Of a DNA stretch of 64,000 bases, positions 58,658 through 64,000 are shown piece after piece. The translations under genes were made by a program, and so were the position numbers. The DNA lies in assembly GCA_965205975.1 (NCBI GenBank), contig OZ242195.1:864001-928000 (forward strand), read 5' to 3'. How positions within the stretch are numbered: the first letter of the stretch is position 1; every line of letters starts with the position of its first letter. This DNA is from Candidatus Latescibacterota bacterium. Its GTDB lineage: Bacteria > Latescibacterota > UBA2968. The notes under the pieces are model-generated. The model did not search any database. It was not told where the DNA came from and saw nothing but the letters and a program-made list of their open reading frames with translations.

Positions 58658-58765
58658 TTTTTACCTCGCTGTGTTGTCGTTATTTTAAGGGGTGCAGAAA
58701 CTGCTGTGCGAATGTATCACAGTTTTTGTCAATTAGCAAATGAATCGGTCACGGTAGCGCTGCCA

Positions 58766-60076
58766 TTAATCATTCCTGTTTTCGCTTTTTGCCAAATTGG
58801 CACAGACCAGTTCTTTATCATTGCGAGCGAACACATGTTTATAGGCAAACGCAGGATGTGACCATGTGACACCACCTCTGCGGTTCAACTGGTCGCGCGT
58901 CGGTTCGATCAGTTTCGCGCGGCTGATGATATTCAGCCCGTTCGGCGAAAGCGTTGTAATCAGGAGTTCGCCGCGCTCATTGAACATCCAGACCTTATCG
59001 CCATTTTTGATAAAATGGATGTTGCTCCAGCGCGCTTTTGGAACCGCGGTGAGGTCTTCCCAAATCCGGTCGCCGTTGCGGGCATCGAGGCAGCGGAGTT
59101 CCCCATAGCTATCCACACCGTAAATGTAATCGCCGAGTCGGATCGGGGTTGACATCGTGGAATGGAGCGCGTCTGTGTTCCGTTCATTTCTTCCCTTACG
59201 GTGCCAGCCGAATTGCATCATCGGCTTATCTGGATTCAGTTTCAGCAGCAGCGAGCCTTCAAAGAAATCAGTGATAAACAATTCATTTTGATAAAAAACA
59301 GGGCTTGCGATCCCGATTTCCATGCGAGTCGGTGGAAACGGATGGCGCCAATGCGTGCTGCCTGTCTGCGGGTTTAGCCCAGCGATATTTCTACCTGTCC
59401 AACAGACGAGTACCCGCTCGCCACCCTGTGTAATCACAATTGGAGCTGAGTAAGATGCGTTGTCTTCAAGGGCTTTCCATTTTTCGGCTCCGGTTTCGCG
59501 ATCGAAAGCGACGATGCACGCTCCGGGCGTGCCGCCGATTTGGACGATGAGGTGTGAACCTTCGACAATCGGCGCACTCGCAATCCCCCAGGTTGGCATC
59601 TCAATATTGTATTCGGAGTTGAGGTCTTTTTTCCACTTCAACGTGCCGGTTGCGGCATCAAAGCAGTGGAGATGCCCCATCGCCCCCAGGGCGTAAGCGA
59701 GTCCGTCATGAATGATAACATTGGCTCGAGGCCCGGCGGTATAGTCAATTCGGTATTCACACTCGTAGGTGAAGGACCAAATCAATTCACCTGTTTCCCA
59801 GTCGAAACAGTGAACGCGTTCGACCTGTTTCGGTTTCGCGAGACGGTCAGTAACGTAAACGCGCCCGTCAGCGACGCTCGGGCCGCTATAGCCGCTGCCG
59901 ATTGGCACTCGCCAACGAATCGGGATCTCCGGTCCGTCAAATGCCTCCAATATCCCGGTTTCGCTCCAAACACCGTCCCGGTGCGGTCCCCGCCACTGCG
60001 GCCATTCATCGGCGAAAACCGAAGAGGTGGGGACAAGCAGAGCGAGCAGCATTAGTTTCAACAGGATTCGGTTCAT
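58766..60076 (-). CDS. Secreted PQQ-like beta-propeller repeat protein
   Basis: Signal peptide, DEWPQWRGP, repeated DxxTGxxxW. Confidence 0.9.
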   Translation of the reverse strand: MNRILLKLMLLALLVPTSSVFADEWPQWRGPHRDGVWSETGILEAFDGPEIPIRWRVPIGSGYSGPSVADGRVYVTDRLAKPKQVERVHCFDWETGELIWSFTYECEYRIDYTAGPRANVIIHDGLAYALGAMGHLHCFDAATGTLKWKKDLNSEYNIEMPTWGIASAPIVEGSHLIVQIGGTPGACIVAFDRETGAEKWKALEDNASYSAPIVITQGGERVLVCWTGRNIAGLNPQTGSTHWRHPFPPTRMEIGIASPVFYQNELFITDFFEGSLLLKLNPDKPMMQFGWHRKGRNERNTDALHSTMSTPIRLGDYIYGVDSYGELRCLDARNGDRIWEDLTAVPKARWSNIHFIKNGDKVWMFNERGELLITTLSPNGLNIISRAKLIEPTRDQLNRRGGVTWSHPAFAYKHVFARNDKELVCANLAKSENRND

Positions 60077-60078
60077 GG

Positions 60079-61431
60079 TTAATCTTGTCCTTTTTTAAAA
60101 CGCAAATTTTTGACCCGGTTTCCCGTCAGTCTGAATCCTGTAACTTGTCCCGTATCGTCTCGCGTAAAATAAACTTCTGGGAAAAACCACGCATCTCCGA
60201 CGAAATGGCCGTCGGCACAGGTTAGGGATATGTCGTCATGTCGCCTGTGTTGCGCCACAAGCCGGTCTCCTTGCACACCAATGGTATAGGTCGTATCGAG
60301 TTCTTCAGTGTAATAATCGCCTTCGAATTCTGACAACTGTTCTGGCGATAGGGGTTCGGCTTCGTTGCTTTCAGAGGGTTGCTTATCCGGCTCGGGTGCT
60401 TCGGGCGCAAGGACATCAGCGAGATAGAGATCAGCGATCTTTTTCGCCAAATTAAGCGGATTAAAGGTCTCCAGATTGCACAATATGACAATGCCAAATT
60501 TCTGAGCCGGAAAACGTATGAGATGGCTGCGAAATCCCCGCCATGATCCGCCGTGTCCGGCCGTTTTCAGTGCTCTGTACTCGCCGATGTCCAATCCAAA
60601 GGCGTAACTGATCTGTTTCCCATTATTGAGAACCCCTCGCTGATGCATCTGCTCAACCACTACCTGTCCACCTACCCGTGTATTATCAAAGTTCAGAACC
60701 CACTTTGCCAGATCTTCTACCGTTGAATGGAGAGAACTCGAACCGAGGGCGGTTAAATTGTTCACTGCATTCTTGAATCCATTATCTTTCACGGACAAAT
60801 AGGAATACGCCCGGTTTTTCACAATCATCTCGTGGTCATCGTGAAAGTGGGTGTTGGTCATGGCGAGGGGCTTAAAGATGTTGGCATTCGTCCATTCGCG
60901 AAATGAATCTCCCGTTATTTTTTCGACGATTTCTGCCAGCAGATTATACCCCGTATTTGAGTATAAGAACGCTGTTCCAGGCTCGAAATTGAGTTCTTTC
61001 TGACGCCTTACCATTTTCAAAATATGCTTAAACGAAATCACGTCATCCATCTCTCCGCCCGCGATGACGAGTGCCTGTACCCAATCCCGCAAGCCACTCG
61101 TGTGATGCACCAGATGTCGAATCGTTATTTTTTTTCCAAAATCCGGGACATCGGGCAAGTGCGTCCGAATGTCGTCATCCAGCGAGAGTTTCCCTTCGTG
61201 CAACAACGTGGCGATGGCAAAGCCCGCAAATTGCTTGGAGACCGAAGCAATGTCGAAGATGGTTGTCGGCGCAATCGGGATGTCGTATTCCAGATTCGCC
61301 ATACCGTATCCGCATTTGTAGATAATTTCACCGTCTCTGATAACCGACAGAGCCGCGCCAGGGGAATCTGGCTTGTCCCATTCCGCGAATACCTGATCAA
61401 CTTTTGCCTCAAGTGACTCGTGATTTGTCAT
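60079..61431 (-). CDS. Serine hydrolase, beta-lactamase family
   Basis: ASVSKQF, YSNTGY, HGGS. Confidence 0.92.
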   Translation of the reverse strand: MTNHESLEAKVDQVFAEWDKPDSPGAALSVIRDGEIIYKCGYGMANLEYDIPIAPTTIFDIASVSKQFAGFAIATLLHEGKLSLDDDIRTHLPDVPDFGKKITIRHLVHHTSGLRDWVQALVIAGGEMDDVISFKHILKMVRRQKELNFEPGTAFLYSNTGYNLLAEIVEKITGDSFREWTNANIFKPLAMTNTHFHDDHEMIVKNRAYSYLSVKDNGFKNAVNNLTALGSSSLHSTVEDLAKWVLNFDNTRVGGQVVVEQMHQRGVLNNGKQISYAFGLDIGEYRALKTAGHGGSWRGFRSHLIRFPAQKFGIVILCNLETFNPLNLAKKIADLYLADVLAPEAPEPDKQPSESNEAEPLSPEQLSEFEGDYYTEELDTTYTIGVQGDRLVAQHRRHDDISLTCADGHFVGDAWFFPEVYFTRDDTGQVTGFRLTGNRVKNLRFKKGQD

Positions 61432-61544
61432 TGGTCACCTTCTATTGCCAAATTTTTCGCAAGGCCACTGAAGGGGCCCTTTACGGCGAAGTCCTTAAAG
61501 GGAAAACATAAAGTGCATACCATAGATATTTGTCTTTTTCAGAT

Positions 61545-62558
61545 TTATAAACGCAGGATTTTCAGGAAAAGTTCATCTGCTCCTTTGATTTCTCGGAAAT
61601 AGGGATGCTTACTTTTTAATGAAAGTAAATTCGCATAGGCTCGAAACAGCCACTCACCCTCAATTTTTTCAAAGAGCTTGTAATGAATTCCATTCGAGAC
61701 AATGAAAAAACAGCAAGTTGGATAGTTTTGTAAATAATCCTTTGCCTGATCGGGAGCATACCGAAGTCCATCGTATAGCCGTTTAGTTTCGAGGATTATT
61801 ACAGGATTCTCTTGTTCTGATGGAAACGGACTCTCAAAGATCGAAATATCAATTTTCTTCCACTCTATTCTGATTCTCTGTTCAGGAAACCCCAATGCAA
61901 TCAGGAGTGGGACTATTAGAAATGTCCTAATCTCATGCTCTCCAAATTCCCTATTCTGAGAGACGTACCACTTTGCCAGTCTACGAATTTTCCAAATCGT
62001 CTTTGTGATTATGTCAACATCGTTCCCGGATAAGCCATTGACCATTAAAAGGTCAATCAGTTGTTCGGCTTCTAAATCCTCAACTAACTCCGGAATTCGT
62101 TCTGATTGTACAGCTACACCATTTTCCCATATATTTTGCGCTTCATTCCTTGGAGTTTGCTTCTTGACTTGAAACAACGTACCTTGTCTCAAACCAGAGA
62201 TTATTGTCGAATCAGCAGGCCGTTTCCACTTTACTTCCCTACAATGTTGAAGAGCCCATCCATCAACCTCTTCGAATACTTCTGTATGGAAATAATCTGA
62301 TCTAACTTTCCCTACTGCCACAATTTTCCACTGTTTTCCACATGCCCTTTTCAAAATCACCAAATCCCCAGTCTGCATGTCTTCCATGAACCACCTATAG
62401 AATTGTCTATAATCGCAGTGGGATTTATCATCATAAATATCTCGATTTTCAAAATAATCTCCGTGAGAACCAGGGCCAACAAGTATGACTCCAAATCTCA
62501 AAAATACGTCAGAATATTCTCTATTTCCATCACCAGCGGCGATTTGCCAAATGTTCAT
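61545..62558 (-). CDS. Putative restriction nuclease: N-terminal PUA/EVE-like domain + HsdR-N-type PD-(D/E)XK domain
   Basis: NIWQIAAG...MQTGDLVIL...AVGKV; EHEIRTFLIVPLL.ALG...ID...ETK...QA..Y...VSNG; AT-rich. Confidence 0.7.
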   Translation of the reverse strand: MNIWQIAAGDGNREYSDVFLRFGVILVGPGSHGDYFENRDIYDDKSHCDYRQFYRWFMEDMQTGDLVILKRACGKQWKIVAVGKVRSDYFHTEVFEEVDGWALQHCREVKWKRPADSTIISGLRQGTLFQVKKQTPRNEAQNIWENGVAVQSERIPELVEDLEAEQLIDLLMVNGLSGNDVDIITKTIWKIRRLAKWYVSQNREFGEHEIRTFLIVPLLIALGFPEQRIRIEWKKIDISIFESPFPSEQENPVIILETKRLYDGLRYAPDQAKDYLQNYPTCCFFIVSNGIHYKLFEKIEGEWLFRAYANLLSLKSKHPYFREIKGADELFLKILRL

Positions 62559-62585
62559 TTTGTCACATCCTAAATTAATATTCCC

Positions 62586-62813
62586 TCAAACAGATTCTGA
62601 TGCATATTTGGCTTTGCGAGGCAGTTCGACGAGGATGAAATAGGATGCGGGATATAAGTAGTCTTCCTGTGATTCATCTACGACTCTCAAATATCCCTCT
62701 TGCGCTGCTTCTTCGTCGGGCAGAATCTGGTATATCTTCCGCTTCTCCAGATCGTCGCAATCTCTGTTCTCGATACACAGCGCGAATTGAGATTTTGATA
62801 GGTTCTCTTTCAT
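62586..62813 (-). CDS. Small acidic hypothetical protein, putative antitoxin/immunity protein
   Basis: FALCIEN...LEKRKIY...GYLRVVDES.EDYLYP..YF; directly downstream of a basic toxin-like pseudogene. Confidence 0.7.
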   Translation of the reverse strand: MKENLSKSQFALCIENRDCDDLEKRKIYQILPDEEAAQEGYLRVVDESQEDYLYPASYFILVELPRKAKYASESV

Positions 62814-62816
62814 TTT

Positions 62817-62976
62817 TACCACTCCATGAATCGTTTGATTTTCATCTTTCTTCGACCAATTCCATGCACCTCATACCAATGGTCCTCTGCCCGTCGGATA
62901 CTGCTATTGCTGAGGCGAATACGGGCAATACCTTTGAGTTTTCGTCACCGGCCAGATCATATTGCCTACGAAGCCG
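62817..62976 (-). pseudogene. Degraded small basic toxin-like gene (5' deleted, frameshift and stop)
   Basis: RLRRQY/GR*RKLKGIARIRLSNSSIRRAEDHWYEVHGIGRRKMKIKRFMEW*. Confidence 0.65.
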
Positions 62977-63053
62977 ACATCATTGATTACACCTCGATTT
63001 GAGCCGGTTTTGGAACCCTAGCGATAGGTCTTGGAGGTCGGCACATATCGGCC
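62968..63053 (-). repeat. Displaced copy of part of the 3' region of the beta-lactamase-like gene
   Basis: 81/86 nt identical to 63752-63837; TGG->TAG nonsense change. Confidence 0.93.
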
Positions 63054-63316
63054 TAACTCGCAACTGATTTCCCTCGTATGTGCTCAATTAAACGAACATT
63101 CACCAGGGTTTCGATCGATACGCCTTGTGCTTGGGCACTCTGCCAGAGTTCTTCTGCTATTTCAGGGAGTATCGCAACGCGAACTGCTCGCTTGTGTGGC
63201 GTATCAAAGCGAAACCATTCTCCATCATCTTCCATAAAATCAGCCGTATCCAGTTGATCCCAAAATGTAGCTTCCTCTTCATAACTCTCGAATTTTGGGA
63301 CTTTTAACTCTTTCAT
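63053..63316 (-). CDS. BrnA/CopG-like antitoxin
   Basis: PKFESYEEEATFWD..DTAD; RHH-like C-terminus; coupled to BrnT. Confidence 0.85.
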   Translation of the reverse strand: MKELKVPKFESYEEEATFWDQLDTADFMEDDGEWFRFDTPHKRAVRVAILPEIAEELWQSAQAQGVSIETLVNVRLIEHIRGKSVAS

Positions 63317-63585
63317 TTTCTCAGCCTCCTGAAGTTTTGTTTTTCACGGTCGGTCATATCTCGAGCGGTAATGGGCTTATAGACTGTACCGCTAAGATGT
63401 TCCAAGACGACAAATAGATACCGCCCATCCGCTGTCTGTCCATAAAGCCGATACCGGTTACGTCCTTGACGACGAGCTAAATGTAATGGATCCCCACAAA
63501 CTTCCCAGACTTCATCTGGTTCCACATTGTGTTGAGCAATATGTTCAATTCGATAGTCGTCCCAAGCTAATCTGCTAATATACAT
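63313..63585 (-). CDS. BrnT-family ribonuclease toxin
   Basis: WD...EHIAQHNV...EV.EV, GQT..GRYLFVV, ITARDMT.RE. Confidence 0.9.
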   Translation of the reverse strand: MYISRLAWDDYRIEHIAQHNVEPDEVWEVCGDPLHLARRQGRNRYRLYGQTADGRYLFVVLEHLSGTVYKPITARDMTDREKQNFRRLRK

Positions 63586-63627
63586 GTATCACTCGTGATT
63601 TTTTTATTTTATTTGAAACTGTTAGTC

Positions 63628-64000
63628 CTATATCACGCCCGTCACTTGCATCGCGGCCCTGGCAATCTCGGAGAGTGCGCATTCGCCGGTGACGCGATCG
63701 CCGAGTTCCCGGCTGTAGAGAGCAATCACCATCGTTCCTACCGGGGATTCGACGAAGCCGACATCATTGATTACACCCCGATTCGAGCCGGTTTTGGAAC
63801 CCCATCGATAGGTTTTGGAGGTCGGCACATATCGGCCGATGCGGCGACCGTTCTGTTGTAGGGTCAAGGTGGTGAGCATGGCCTGACAGGCTGCGGGGGA
63901 TGCGGCCTGGTCGTCGAGAATCGTCTTGACGACGGTAGTGTAGTCATTGGGTGTAGCCCAATTTTCCTGTTCTCCTTCAATCGCGAGACGCCCGCGCATG
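63628..64000 (-). CDS. Class A beta-lactamase-like serine hydrolase (5' part outside the window)
   Basis: ENWATP, GSKTGS, NDVGFV. Confidence 0.85.
   Translation of the reverse strand, partial: MRGRLAIEGEQENWATPNDYTTVVKTILDDQAASPAACQAMLTTLTLQQNGRRIGRYVPTSKTYRWGSKTGSNRGVINDVGFVESPVGTMVIALYSRELGDRVTGECALSEIARAAMQVTGVI

Overview
Bacterial chromosomal window of roughly 50% GC. Housekeeping blocks (tsf-frr, aroC, mutY, rdgB-rph-smpB-mnmG-bioB, efp-accB-accC-gcvH, trpS-scpAB-rluB-cmk-plsC-rpsA-mtaB, mutS) alternate with accessory patches. These are a decayed defence islet (hsdM relic, truncated Dsr1-like sirtuin, truncated IS3, PIN and AlbA proteins; 21.2-25.7 kb), a toxin-antitoxin/IS-rich region (37.8-46.4 kb), a cobalamin-dependent methyl-transfer cluster linked to sugar-catabolism genes (49.4-58.7 kb) and a TA/nuclease patch (61.5-63.6 kb). 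The strongest unexplained signal occurs at three separate loci (mutS, a PhyH-family dioxygenase, a class A beta-lactamase-like gene). At each, TA/defence cargo directly downstream of the gene is followed by diverged copies of that same gene's 3' region. At the PhyH locus there are three such copies, each separating a different cassette, which suggests serial cassette capture by 3'-end replacement; no integrase is visible in the window. Also seen: a structured RNA-like element with a UUGGCG loop at 39.7-39.85 kb, an intact ISH3-like IS splitting a secreted-protein gene, and a DnaC/DnaI-like ATPase that may use a non-canonical start codon. No rRNA, tRNA or CRISPR array was recognised. All family calls come from motif recognition by eye, not from database searches.
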